The notes under the pieces were generated by a model. The model was not told the origin of the DNA. It made no database searches and saw only the letters and a list, made by a program, of their open reading frames with translations. Below, in pieces: positions 53,587-63,107 of a stretch of DNA of 64,000 bases (positions are counted from its first letter, which is position 1; each line of letters starts with the position of its first letter). Position numbers and translations under genes: made by a program. The stretch comes from Emcibacter sp. (GTDB taxonomy: Bacteria > Pseudomonadota > Alphaproteobacteria > Sphingomonadales > Emcibacteraceae): positions 62,638 through 126,637 of the forward strand of contig NZ_JBLXJC010000004.1 in NCBI RefSeq assembly GCF_048269205.1, written 5' to 3'.

Positions 53587-55557
53587 ATGTCGTCACCTGC
53601 CACAACATCCCTGAAAGAAATCTATCCCGTGCCGGAAGAAGCCCGGAAAAACACCATCTGTACGGACAGAGAATACGAGACCATGTACCAGTGGTCCGTG
53701 GAAGACCCGGAAGGCTTCTGGCGTGATCAGAAAGACCGCATTTCCTGGTTCAGGGAGCCCGGGATTATCAAGAACACCTCATTTGACGGTGACGTCTCCA
53801 TCAAATGGTTTGAGGACGGGGTTCTGAATGCCAGTTACAACTGCATTGACCGCCATCTGGAAAAGCATGGCGATGACGTTGCCCTGATTTTTGAGGGAGA
53901 CGACCCGTCCGTGGACAAAAAGGTGACCTACCGGCAGCTGCATGAACAGGTCTGCCGGTTTGCCAATGTGTTGAAAGCCCAGGGTGTGAAAAAGGGCGAC
54001 CGGGTCACCATCTATCTGCCCATGATCCTGGAAACCGTTTATGCCATGCTGGCCTGTGCCCGGATCGGTGCGGTTCACTCGGTGGTTTTTGGCGGATTTT
54101 CCTCCGAAGCCATTGCTGGCAGGCTTGATGACTGTCGCTCCCGTTTCGTCATCACGGCAGATGAAGGATTGCGCGGCGGACGCAGAATTCCGCTGAAGGC
54201 AAATGTGGATGACGCCATCAACCGGCTCGCAGCGGAATTTGGCGGCAGTGTGGACCGGGTACTGGTGATCCGTCATACCGGCGGCGACGTGGCGTTCGAT
54301 GCGGATCGTGATCTCTGGTATCATGACGCTGCCGAAACGGTTTCTGCGGACTGTCCGCCGGAACCCATGAATGCGGAAGATCCGCTGTTCATCCTCTATA
54401 CGTCAGGGTCCACCGGAACGCCAAAAGGTGTGTTGCATACCACCGGCGGCTATATGGTCTATACCTCCATGACCCACGAGTATATTTTTGACTATAAGCC
54501 GGGCGATGTTTACTGGTGCACGGCCGATGTGGGCTGGATCACCGGCCACAGCTATATCGTTTATGGGCCGCTGGCCAATGCGGCGACCGCAGTGGTCTTT
54601 GAAGGGGTGCCCAGTTATCCGGATGCTTCCCGCTTCTGGCAGATCGTGGACAAGCATCAGGTCAATATTTTCTATACGGCGCCAACGGCGATCCGCGCCC
54701 TGATGCGGGAAGGCAACGATCCTGTCGAAAAGTTCAGCCGCAGTTCCCTTCGTCTTCTCGGTTCAGTGGGCGAGCCCATAAACCCTGAGGCCTGGAACTG
54801 GTACTATAATGTGGTTGGTGACGCCAGATGCCCCATTGTTGATACCTGGTGGCAGACAGAAACCGGCGGGGTGCTGATAACGCCGCTGCCCGGCGCCACC
54901 GATCTGAAACCGGGATCGGCCACGCGGCCTTTCTTTGGCATCAAGCCCGCCCTCGTCGATGCGGACGGCAAGATCCTTGAGGGCGCCACAGAGGGAAATC
55001 TGGTGATGCTGGACAGCTGGCCCGGTCAGATGCGCACGGTCTACGGTGATCATGACCGTTTCATCCAGACCTATTTCAGCACCTACAAGGGGGTCTATTT
55101 TACAGGCGATGGCTGCCGCCGTGACGAGGATGACTATTTCTGGATCACCGGCCGGGTGGATGACGTGATCAATGTATCAGGGCATCGCATGGGCACGGCC
55201 GAAGTGGAGAGCGCACTGGTAGCCCATGAACAGGTCGCCGAAGCGGCTGTGGTCGGCTATCCCCATGACATCAAGGGTCAGGGCATTTATGCCTATGTGA
55301 CCTGCAATGCCGGGGTGGAGCCCACGGAAGAGCTGCGCAAGGAGCTTGTCAAATGGGTGCGCAGTGAAATCGGCCCGATTGCCTCTCCGGATGTGATCCA
55401 GTTCACGCCGGGACTGCCCAAAACCAGGTCCGGCAAGATCATGCGCCGCATTCTCAGAAAAATTGCGGAGAACGAATACGGCAATCTGGGCGACACGTCC
55501 ACGCTTGCAGATCCGTCGATTGTTGATATCCTTGTCGATAACCGCCAGAATAGATAG
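53587..55557 (+). CDS. acs: Acetyl-CoA synthetase
   Basis: [13 protein letters not shown] (AMP-binding motif), WWQTETGG and the C-terminal [17 protein letters not shown]. The start is taken at ATG 53587. Confidence 0.95.
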   Translation: MSSPATTSLKEIYPVPEEARKNTICTDREYETMYQWSVEDPEGFWRDQKDRISWFREPGIIKNTSFDGDVSIKWFEDGVLNASYNCIDRHLEKHGDDVALIFEGDDPSVDKKVTYRQLHEQVCRFANVLKAQGVKKGDRVTIYLPMILETVYAMLACARIGAVHSVVFGGFSSEAIAGRLDDCRSRFVITADEGLRGGRRIPLKANVDDAINRLAAEFGGSVDRVLVIRHTGGDVAFDADRDLWYHDAAETVSADCPPEPMNAEDPLFILYTSGSTGTPKGVLHTTGGYMVYTSMTHEYIFDYKPGDVYWCTADVGWITGHSYIVYGPLANAATAVVFEGVPSYPDASRFWQIVDKHQVNIFYTAPTAIRALMREGNDPVEKFSRSSLRLLGSVGEPINPEAWNWYYNVVGDARCPIVDTWWQTETGGVLITPLPGATDLKPGSATRPFFGIKPALVDADGKILEGATEGNLVMLDSWPGQMRTVYGDHDRFIQTYFSTYKGVYFTGDGCRRDEDDYFWITGRVDDVINVSGHRMGTAEVESALVAHEQVAEAAVVGYPHDIKGQGIYAYVTCNAGVEPTEELRKELVKWVRSEIGPIASPDVIQFTPGLPKTRSGKIMRRILRKIAENEYGNLGDTSTLADPSIVDILVDNRQNR

Positions 55558-55589
55558 GAAAAGACCAACAGGACAAGGCGACAAGGCAT

Positions 55590-56267
55590 ATGTTACCGAC
55601 CGTACTTATTGCAGATGATCACCCGTTGTTCAGAGATGCTCTGAAGCAGGCGGTCAAACCGGTTTTGCAGGAACACCGGACGGTCGAGGCCAGCAATCTC
55701 GCAGAGGCGCGCGACTGGATGAAGAAAGGGGGTATTTCTCTGCTTCTTCTGGATCTGCACATGTCCGACAGTCACGGTTTTGTCGGCCTGATCGAATTCC
55801 GGCAGGAATTTCCGTCCGTACCCATCGTGGTCGTATCCGCCAGTGAAGATGCGGAAATTATCGCCCGGGCCATAGAATTTGGCGCGTCCGGATTTATTCC
55901 CAAGTCATCCTCCCTGGACCAGATGTCAGGGGCCATTGACGCCATCATGCAGGGTGATATCTGGACGCCGGACCATATTGACCTTGATAATGTACAGCTG
56001 GACAAGGAACAGTCTGAAACCAACCAGAAACTGAAACAGCTTACCGGTGCCCAGCTCAAGGTGCTGCATGCGGTTGTGCGCGGGTTGCTGAACAAGCAGA
56101 TCGCCCACGAGCTCGGCATTACCGAAGCAACGGTAAAGGCGCATCTAACGGCAATCTTCCGGAAACTTGATGTGATCAATCGGACCCAGGCGGTTATGGT
56201 TGCCCAGGGGCTGGACATAGAACGGGCCCTTTTGGACGTGGACCAGGCCGGGAGCGGGGCGGGCTGA
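55590..56267 (+). CDS. NarL/FixJ-type response regulator (REC + LuxR HTH), CrbR-like
   Basis: The REC domain has LIADDHPLF...LLLLDLHMSD. The HTH reads LTGAQLKVLHAVVRGLLNKQIAHELGITEATVKAHLTAIFRKL. It lies 32 nt downstream of acs. Confidence 0.8.
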   Translation: MLPTVLIADDHPLFRDALKQAVKPVLQEHRTVEASNLAEARDWMKKGGISLLLLDLHMSDSHGFVGLIEFRQEFPSVPIVVVSASEDAEIIARAIEFGASGFIPKSSSLDQMSGAIDAIMQGDIWTPDHIDLDNVQLDKEQSETNQKLKQLTGAQLKVLHAVVRGLLNKQIAHELGITEATVKAHLTAIFRKLDVINRTQAVMVAQGLDIERALLDVDQAGSGAG

Positions 56268-56268
56268 T

Positions 56269-59200
56269 CTATCCCTTAAGACTGTTTTGCAGCAGGGCCC
56301 TGAGGGCGGCCGGGGCAACCGGCTTGGCCAGGACCGGCAGGTCCGGCGCCAGATTTCTGACAGTGCTTTCCTGGCGCTCTGCCGTAACAAGAATGGCAGG
56401 CGGCCTTTCCCCCCATGTTCCGCAGAGCTGGTTAAACAGCGCCGGTCCTGTGTCTCCGTCATCAAGCTGCAGGTCCAACAGCACGATATCGGGAATGCGC
56501 CCGGAATAGTTCTGCCAGAATCCTTCTGCCTCCCGCCGGTTTGCCGCCAGCAGGACGTTCGCGCCCCATCTTTCCAGGAGTATTTTCAGGGCCTCCAGGA
56601 TTGCCTTGTCATTGTCAACGCAGAGGATAAGACGGTCCAGAAGGAAGCGTTGCTTGGGACGAACCGTCCTGGATGTTGTTGTGATTTCGCCTTTGCCTGC
56701 CGTTGGAAGTGTCAGCGCGAAGCAGCTTCCCTTGCCCTCGGTCGAGGTAACCGTAATCCGGTGTCCCAGCATTTTGACAATGCGGTCGCAGATCGCCAGC
56801 CCCAGCCCCAACCCGGCCTCGGCACCTGGAATATCCTTCAGGCGTTCAAACTCATTGAAGATGCTGTCGATCTTCTCTGACGGAATACCGACACCCGTAT
56901 CATGGACATAGACCGTAATTTCTTCACCTTTTCTGCGGCAGCCCACCAGGATGCGGCCGGTATGGGTATAGCGGACAGCATTGGAAATCAGGTTCTGCAG
57001 AACCGAAAACAGCAGACCCTTGTCGCTTTCCACATAGGACCGCGTCGGCACATAGCGGATGTCTATATTCTTCTGTTCCGCGATAATGGTGAAGTCGTTG
57101 ACCAGGTCGTCAAGTATGTCATGCAGGGCGAACCGGCTGATATTCGGACGGATGCCGCCGGCGTCCAGTTTGGAAATATCCAAAAGCGCCCGGATCAACT
57201 GGTCGGCAGACTGGATGGAACTGTCCAGCTTGTCGGCAATGTCTAGCGCGTCCGGCAACTGATCACGCACATCTTCCTTGAGGGCGTGAGTGAACAGACG
57301 CGCTGCGTTCAGGGGCTGTAGAAGGTCATGGCTGGCGGCGGCCAGAAATTTGGTTTTGGACTGGGTGGCCGCCTCTGCCTGCTGCTTGGCCATAACCAGT
57401 TCCTGGTTCACCCGGCTCAGCTCACCGGTGCGTTCACTAACCCGCTGTTCCAGGGTGATGTTTGTCCTCTGAAGCGCCTGTTCCGCCTGGTAGCGGGCGG
57501 TGATGTCCTGGTACATGACGAAATAGCCGGCGACTTTCTCGTCCTGGAACTGGGGGACGTAGTTTACCTGGAACTGAACCGCATGGCCCTCTCCGTTAAG
57601 AAGCTCAAGGTCGAAATTCACGCTCTCTCCAGTCATAGCCTGCATGATATAGGAGAGCCTGAAATCGAAATCCTGTTCGGTCAGGAATTCGCGGATATGG
57701 CATCCAAGGATGGATGTGTCCCGGTCCCGTCCGTACCAGTCAAGATAGGCCTTGTTGGCAAATTTGAGGACTAGATCCCTGTCGATAAAGGCAATCAGGG
57801 CCGGCACATTGTCGGTATAAAAGCGAATACTCCTTTCGCTTTCCATCAGGGCCCTTTCGATCCTTTTGCTCTCGGTTATGTCCGTAAAGCTGGTGACATA
57901 GTTGCCGAAGGGCATGGGGCGTCCCTCTATCTTTATCACCCGGCCGTCTTTACGGATGCGCTCATAATTGTGATGTTTCCGCAACCTCAGATGTTCGATA
58001 CGTTTACTGATGAAGGATTCAACATCGTCGTCTTCACTAACCCCGTTCTCGGCATTGAAGCGCAATACTTCCTCGATCGGCATTCCCGGCGTGACGAAGC
58101 CCTCGGGAAATTCGAACATGTCCAGATAGCGTTTGTTCCAGGCCACAAGTTCAAGATCCTTGTTGACCACCGAGACCCCCTGTATCAGGTTGTCCAGGGT
58201 TGACTGCAGAAGCTCCTGGGTGAATTGCAGCTTCTGGTGGGTTTCATCCAGGACTGTCGCGATATCCTCAATTTCCAGGTTGCCTTTGGTCAGGGCGGAG
58301 CCGACTATGATTCTGGCAGAGGCCGCGCCCATGACGCGCGCCACCTGTTTTTCGGCAAACCGCGCCAGGTCTGCATCGACCGGGCTGTGGTCATAGAGCA
58401 TCTGGCCGTTCAGGGTTTCGTAAGCGGCAAAGGCCTCTTCCGTTTTCTGTCGTCCCAGTGACCGTTCAATCAGGACCCTGAGGTCGGCGACAGTGGCCTG
58501 GCTCTGCATGGTGCCGGTCAGGCTGTAGCCGCTGCTGCCGCCGACAAAGCTGCTGGCCTGGACCCTGTCGACGATGCGCTGTTCCGCATTCAGGGAGCCG
58601 AGAATATAAAGAAGCAGGTTCCCGGTCAGGCTCCAGATCATGCCATGGGTAAGGTGGTCAAAGCCCGACAGCCCCAGAAAGGCCTGCGGATCGAGAAGCG
58701 GTGCAGTCTCACGAATGGACTGGACCAGACTGTCTCCGAAATAGGCCGGCATGATCAGGGTATAGAGCCACATCACCAGGCCAAAAGCCAGGCCCATCAT
58801 CACGCCGTTTCGATGCCCCCTTTGCCAGTACAGCCCGCCGATGAGGGCGGGTATAAACTGCATGGCGGCGGCGAAAGACAAAATGCCGAAACTGGCCAGG
58901 GTATCGCCGTTGCGGCCGCCGCTGGCATAGGCGCTGGCCAGCAGCATGAGCATCAGAATAACCAGCCGGCGAACCCAAAGATGACGCCGCCCGATAATCT
59001 TGTTGGAGAGTGGCCGCAAGTGCTTGTTGGTCAGCAACAGCGAAATGATCAGGTCATTGGTGATCATGGTGCTGAGTGCCACGGCCGATACGATGACCAT
59101 GCCCATGGCGGCGGAAAATCCGCCCAGGAAAACGATCAGGCCCAGAAGATTCTGGTCATTGCCCAGGGGCAGGGTCAGGACGAAGAGATCTGGATTGTCT

Positions 59201-60105
59201 CCTGCCGCCGGGCTGTTCAGACCCGCCAGGGCAATGGGAATAGCCATTACGGAGACGATAACCATGGAGGCCAAAAGCACGTATCTGCCGATCTGCATGT
59301 CCTGTTCGCGCTGGTGTTCCACAACCATGATATGGAACTGCCGGGGCAGGCAGAGGATGGCGCCCATCGAAATCAGGGTCAGCGTGACAAAGCGCTCCAC
59401 ATTGACCGGTTGCATGAAGGGAGACGCCTCGGCCCGGAACCGGGCCATGAATTCGCCTGGTTCAAACAGGCTGTAGGCATAGACGGCGACAAGGATCAGG
59501 GCAGTGATCTTGAAGGCGCTTTCGAATGCAATGGCCAGAACCATGCCGCGGTTATGTTCCGTGACGTCAACATGTCGCGTGCCGAACAGGATGGCAAATG
59601 CGCCCAGGATCAGGGCAATAGCGGTAGTTGTCTGATCCTCGGTCAGGCTGTTGAAGCCGGCGTTATCCAGGACAATGCTGCTGGCCATGGTCACCGATTT
59701 GAGCTGCAGGGCGATATAGGGTAGCGTACCCAATACCGCGATAAAAGTGACCAGTGCCGCAAGCTGGGTGCTCTTGCCATAACGGGAGGAAAGAAAATCG
59801 GCGATGGACGTGCTGTGGTTCGCCTTGCCCCGGTCAACCATCCGCTGCATCACCTTGAATCCGAACAGAAGGACAATTGCCGGTCCCAGGTAGATGGGCA
59901 GATATTCCCATCCGGAACGAATGGTATTGCCCACCGCGCCGTAATAGGACCAGCTTGTGAAATATATCCCAAGGGAAAGACCGTAAAGAACATGACGGTT
60001 CTTATGGGTAAAACGATCCGCCCGCTTCTGATCGCCGAACCAGGCAATCAGGAACAGTATGATTACATATACAAAAGCACTGAAGATCATGACTGATGCC
60101 GTCAC
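56269..60105 (-). CDS. Hybrid sensor histidine kinase with an N-terminal sodium:solute-symporter-like domain (CrbS/CbrA-type)
   Basis: 1278 aa: about 13 TM SSS-like segments, PAS domains, the H-box AAASHDLLQPLNAARLF, an HATPase domain (GLGLGLAICDRIV) and a C-terminal receiver (ILCVDNDKAILE...VLLDLQLDDG). Confidence 0.85.
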   Translation of the reverse strand: MTASVMIFSAFVYVIILFLIAWFGDQKRADRFTHKNRHVLYGLSLGIYFTSWSYYGAVGNTIRSGWEYLPIYLGPAIVLLFGFKVMQRMVDRGKANHSTSIADFLSSRYGKSTQLAALVTFIAVLGTLPYIALQLKSVTMASSIVLDNAGFNSLTEDQTTTAIALILGAFAILFGTRHVDVTEHNRGMVLAIAFESAFKITALILVAVYAYSLFEPGEFMARFRAEASPFMQPVNVERFVTLTLISMGAILCLPRQFHIMVVEHQREQDMQIGRYVLLASMVIVSVMAIPIALAGLNSPAAGDNPDLFVLTLPLGNDQNLLGLIVFLGGFSAAMGMVIVSAVALSTMITNDLIISLLLTNKHLRPLSNKIIGRRHLWVRRLVILMLMLLASAYASGGRNGDTLASFGILSFAAAMQFIPALIGGLYWQRGHRNGVMMGLAFGLVMWLYTLIMPAYFGDSLVQSIRETAPLLDPQAFLGLSGFDHLTHGMIWSLTGNLLLYILGSLNAEQRIVDRVQASSFVGGSSGYSLTGTMQSQATVADLRVLIERSLGRQKTEEAFAAYETLNGQMLYDHSPVDADLARFAEKQVARVMGAASARIIVGSALTKGNLEIEDIATVLDETHQKLQFTQELLQSTLDNLIQGVSVVNKDLELVAWNKRYLDMFEFPEGFVTPGMPIEEVLRFNAENGVSEDDDVESFISKRIEHLRLRKHHNYERIRKDGRVIKIEGRPMPFGNYVTSFTDITESKRIERALMESERSIRFYTDNVPALIAFIDRDLVLKFANKAYLDWYGRDRDTSILGCHIREFLTEQDFDFRLSYIMQAMTGESVNFDLELLNGEGHAVQFQVNYVPQFQDEKVAGYFVMYQDITARYQAEQALQRTNITLEQRVSERTGELSRVNQELVMAKQQAEAATQSKTKFLAAASHDLLQPLNAARLFTHALKEDVRDQLPDALDIADKLDSSIQSADQLIRALLDISKLDAGGIRPNISRFALHDILDDLVNDFTIIAEQKNIDIRYVPTRSYVESDKGLLFSVLQNLISNAVRYTHTGRILVGCRRKGEEITVYVHDTGVGIPSEKIDSIFNEFERLKDIPGAEAGLGLGLAICDRIVKMLGHRITVTSTEGKGSCFALTLPTAGKGEITTTSRTVRPKQRFLLDRLILCVDNDKAILEALKILLERWGANVLLAANRREAEGFWQNYSGRIPDIVLLDLQLDDGDTGPALFNQLCGTWGERPPAILVTAERQESTVRNLAPDLPVLAKPVAPAALRALLQNSLKG

Positions 60106-60180
60106 ATTGTCCCCCGCTATATGCCATCCCTTTATTTTATACTTTTATAATACGGTATATTTGGCCCGGATGCCTAATAT

Positions 60181-60213
60181 AAAAGCCGTCAGGCCCGTAA
60201 AAACGGGCCTGAC
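60181..60213 (-). terminator. Rho-independent terminator after actP
   Basis: The minus strand reads GTCAGGCCCG-TTTTTA-CGGGCCTGAC followed by GGCTTTTATA. The stem is a perfect 10 bp. Confidence 0.8.
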
Positions 60214-60236
60214 AGCGTTGGATCGGAGTATTATGT

Positions 60237-62012
60237 CTAGTGGGTATGGGCCTCTGCGGCATCACCCGGAACCCGGATATGCTCCACAAGTTCCTGCACA
60301 TGCTGCGGCGGTGCGCTGGTCATGCGGGCAACCACCGTGGCCACCACAAAGTTGACGACCATGCCGATGGTGCCAATTCCTTCAGGCGAGACACCGAACA
60401 GCCAGTTGTCTTTCGTATTCAGCTCCGGAGAGATGAATTTGAAGTAGACAATATAGAGGAAGGTAAAGGCCAGACCGGACAGCATGCCGGCGATGGCGCC
60501 TTCCTTGTTCATGCGGGTCGAGAAAATCCCCATCAGGATCGCCGGGAACAGACTGGAGGCTGCAAGCCCGAAGGCAAAGGCCACCACCTGGGCGACAAAG
60601 CCTGGCGGGTTGATACCCAGATAACCGGCCACACCGATGGCACAGGCTGCGGCGATACGGGCATACATCAGTTCCTGCTTGTCGGTGATATCCGGCCTGA
60701 AGGTATTTTTCATCAGATCATGACTGACGGCCGAGGAAATCACCAGCAGCAGACCGGCCGCCGTCGACAGTGCCGCGGCCAGGCTCCCCGCCGCGACCAG
60801 GGCAATTACCCAGTTCGGCAGATTGGCAATTTCCGGATTGGCCAGAACCATGATATCCCGGTCGACATAGACTTCGTTGGCAGAATCGGTAGGCGCGTTT
60901 GTGATAACACGTTCGCCATATGTGCCCCGTGCCTCGCCGTCAAATGCCGGCTTCCCGGCAAATGGTGCGCCGGCACGATACTGGATTGCGCCGTCATTGT
61001 TTTTGTCCTGCCAGCCGATCAGGCCGATGTTTTCCCAGTTTTTGAACCAGGCCGGTGTTGCCGTATATTCCGTCTCGTTCACTTCATTGATGAAGTTGAT
61101 CCGGGCAAAGGCGCCAATGGCCGGTGCCGTTGTATAAAGGATCGCGATAAAGACGAGAGCCCATCCAGCGGATTTCCGGGCATCCGATACCTTGGGCACC
61201 GTGAAAAAGCGGACGATCACATGGGGAAGTCCGGCGGTACCCACCATCAGCGCTGCGGTGATGGCAAAGACATCAATGGTCGATTTGGTCCCGCTGGTAT
61301 AGGCCGTGAAGCCCAGATCAGTCAGCACCGCATCCAGTTTACCCAGCACCGTCATGCCGGACCCGTCGATAAGTTCGGATCCCAGACCGATCTGAGGGAT
61401 CGGGGTACCGGTGATCAACATGGAAATAAAGATCGCCGGAACTGTATAGGCAAAGATCAGGACGCAATACTGTGCGACCTGGGTATAGGTGATGCCTTTC
61501 ATGCCCCCCAGAACCGCATACATGAACACGATGGCCATGCCGATGATCACACCAAGGTTGATGTCAACTTCGAGGAAGCGGGAGAAAACGATCCCCACGC
61601 CGCGCATCTGGCCGGCGACATAGGTGAAGCTGATGAAAATCAGGCAGATCACCGCCACCAGGCGGGCGGCATCGGAATAATAACGGTCGCCGATGAAGTC
61701 CGGTACAGTGAATTTTCCGAATTTTCTCAGGTACGGAGCCAGCAGCAGCGCCAGAAGCACATAACCGCCGGTCCAGCCCATCAGATAAACGGAACCGTCA
61801 TAGCCGAGGAAGGCGATCAGGCCCGCCATGGAAATGAAGGAAGCGGCGCTCATCCAGTCAGCGGCTGTTGCCATGCCGTTGACCACCGGATGTACGCCTC
61901 CGCCAGCCACATAAAATTCCTTTGTGGAGCCCACGCGGGACCAGATGGCGATGCCAATATAAAGGGCAAAGGATAGCCCGACAAAGATATAGGTTAAAGT
62001 CTGCAATTCCAT
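60237..62012 (-). CDS. actP: Cation/acetate symporter, sodium:solute symporter family (ActP-like, VC_2705-type)
   Basis: 591 aa, SSS family. It is preceded by the DUF4212 small subunit typical of this subfamily and is linked to acs. Confidence 0.8.
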   Translation of the reverse strand: MELQTLTYIFVGLSFALYIGIAIWSRVGSTKEFYVAGGGVHPVVNGMATAADWMSAASFISMAGLIAFLGYDGSVYLMGWTGGYVLLALLLAPYLRKFGKFTVPDFIGDRYYSDAARLVAVICLIFISFTYVAGQMRGVGIVFSRFLEVDINLGVIIGMAIVFMYAVLGGMKGITYTQVAQYCVLIFAYTVPAIFISMLITGTPIPQIGLGSELIDGSGMTVLGKLDAVLTDLGFTAYTSGTKSTIDVFAITAALMVGTAGLPHVIVRFFTVPKVSDARKSAGWALVFIAILYTTAPAIGAFARINFINEVNETEYTATPAWFKNWENIGLIGWQDKNNDGAIQYRAGAPFAGKPAFDGEARGTYGERVITNAPTDSANEVYVDRDIMVLANPEIANLPNWVIALVAAGSLAAALSTAAGLLLVISSAVSHDLMKNTFRPDITDKQELMYARIAAACAIGVAGYLGINPPGFVAQVVAFAFGLAASSLFPAILMGIFSTRMNKEGAIAGMLSGLAFTFLYIVYFKFISPELNTKDNWLFGVSPEGIGTIGMVVNFVVATVVARMTSAPPQHVQELVEHIRVPGDAAEAHTH

Positions 62013-62027
62013 TGTTTGTCTCCCCTC

Positions 62028-62315
62028 TTATTCCACGCCATATTTTTCATCGAGATCTCTCATCATTTTTGTGTAGACAAAGATCAGTACGACAAAGACG
62101 TATATTGAGCCCTGCTGGGCAAACCAGAATCCCAGCTTGAAGCCGAAAAATTCGATGTTGTTGAGGGCGTCCACAAACAGAATGCCGGCGCCAAAAGAAA
62201 CGATAAACCAGACGACAAGCAGCTTGAGCAGCAAACTGATGTTTGCTTTCCAGTAGCCTGCCGGATCTCGTTGTTTTGCAGGGCCTCCCGGGCCCATATT
62301 ATCAGGTTGGGTCAT
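62028..62315 (-). CDS. DUF4212 small membrane protein (putative solute:sodium symporter small subunit)
   Basis: 95 aa from ATG 62315 (after GGGAGGAT), with two TM segments. Its stop lies 15 nt upstream of the actP start. Confidence 0.75.
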   Translation of the reverse strand: MTQPDNMGPGGPAKQRDPAGYWKANISLLLKLLVVWFIVSFGAGILFVDALNNIEFFGFKLGFWFAQQGSIYVFVVLIFVYTKMMRDLDEKYGVE

Positions 62316-62420
62316 GCTATATCCTCCCACTAGTTAGATTTCAGGACGATGGAAGTCTAACAAGTAAGTTCTCGGGCCGGATAGACGACTTTAGTCGTAG
62401 ACGGGGGGTGCCCGGGTTTT

Positions 62421-63107
62421 CTACCAGGAAGGGCCGAGGTCGCCGAGGGTAACGTCTTCTCCCATATGGGAAATCTGGGCCAGCAACAATTCGGCACAGG
62501 CCAGGGCATCGATGGCGGCATGATGGGCCTTGTAGGCGGGCAGGCCATAATCTTCCCGCAATTTCCACAGCCTCAGATCGCCGCTTTTGATGGGGGTATC
62601 CGACCTTTTGCGTTTGCGCAGTTCCATTTGCAGTGTGTCTACGGACTGGCAGTAGAGATCGGTCCAGAAGATTTCCTGGCAGGCCTCCTGAAGGAAATGT
62701 CGTTCGATATCGCATTTGTGCGCCAGAAGCACGCGTCCTTTCAGCGCCCCGAGGATTTTCCTCAGCGCCTGTTCCCGGGACAACCCCTCCGCCCTGACCT
62801 CGTCATCAGTGATCTGGTGGATGACGGCGCTCTCGCCGGGCACGGCCATGTCGGGCCGGATCAGGCAATGTTCCATGGTGGAAAGTTCGACTCGAAGACC
62901 TCGGATGACCACGAGGCCAAAACTCAGAAGCTGGTCCCGGCCCTTCTCCAGGCCGGTGGTCTCAAAATCCAGGGCCAGAAATTCAATTTCCCGCAGCGGA
63001 GCCTTTTCCGCTATTGCCGGGGCCTCCAGAAAAGCCCGCAGATCCGGGTCCCGGACTTTTTTGAGCGCCCGCCGGCGCCGGAACTGATAGAGCCAGTGTC
63101 TGAACAT
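62421..63107 (-). CDS. DnaQ-like 3'-5' exonuclease (DNA polymerase III epsilon-subunit family domain)
   Basis: Exo I motif LALDFETTGL and Exo III motif HHAAIDALACAELL. It has a TGATG overlap with the upstream DUF294 gene. Confidence 0.8.
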   Translation of the reverse strand: MFRHWLYQFRRRRALKKVRDPDLRAFLEAPAIAEKAPLREIEFLALDFETTGLEKGRDQLLSFGLVVIRGLRVELSTMEHCLIRPDMAVPGESAVIHQITDDEVRAEGLSREQALRKILGALKGRVLLAHKCDIERHFLQEACQEIFWTDLYCQSVDTLQMELRKRKRSDTPIKSGDLRLWKLREDYGLPAYKAHHAAIDALACAELLLAQISHMGEDVTLGDLGPSW

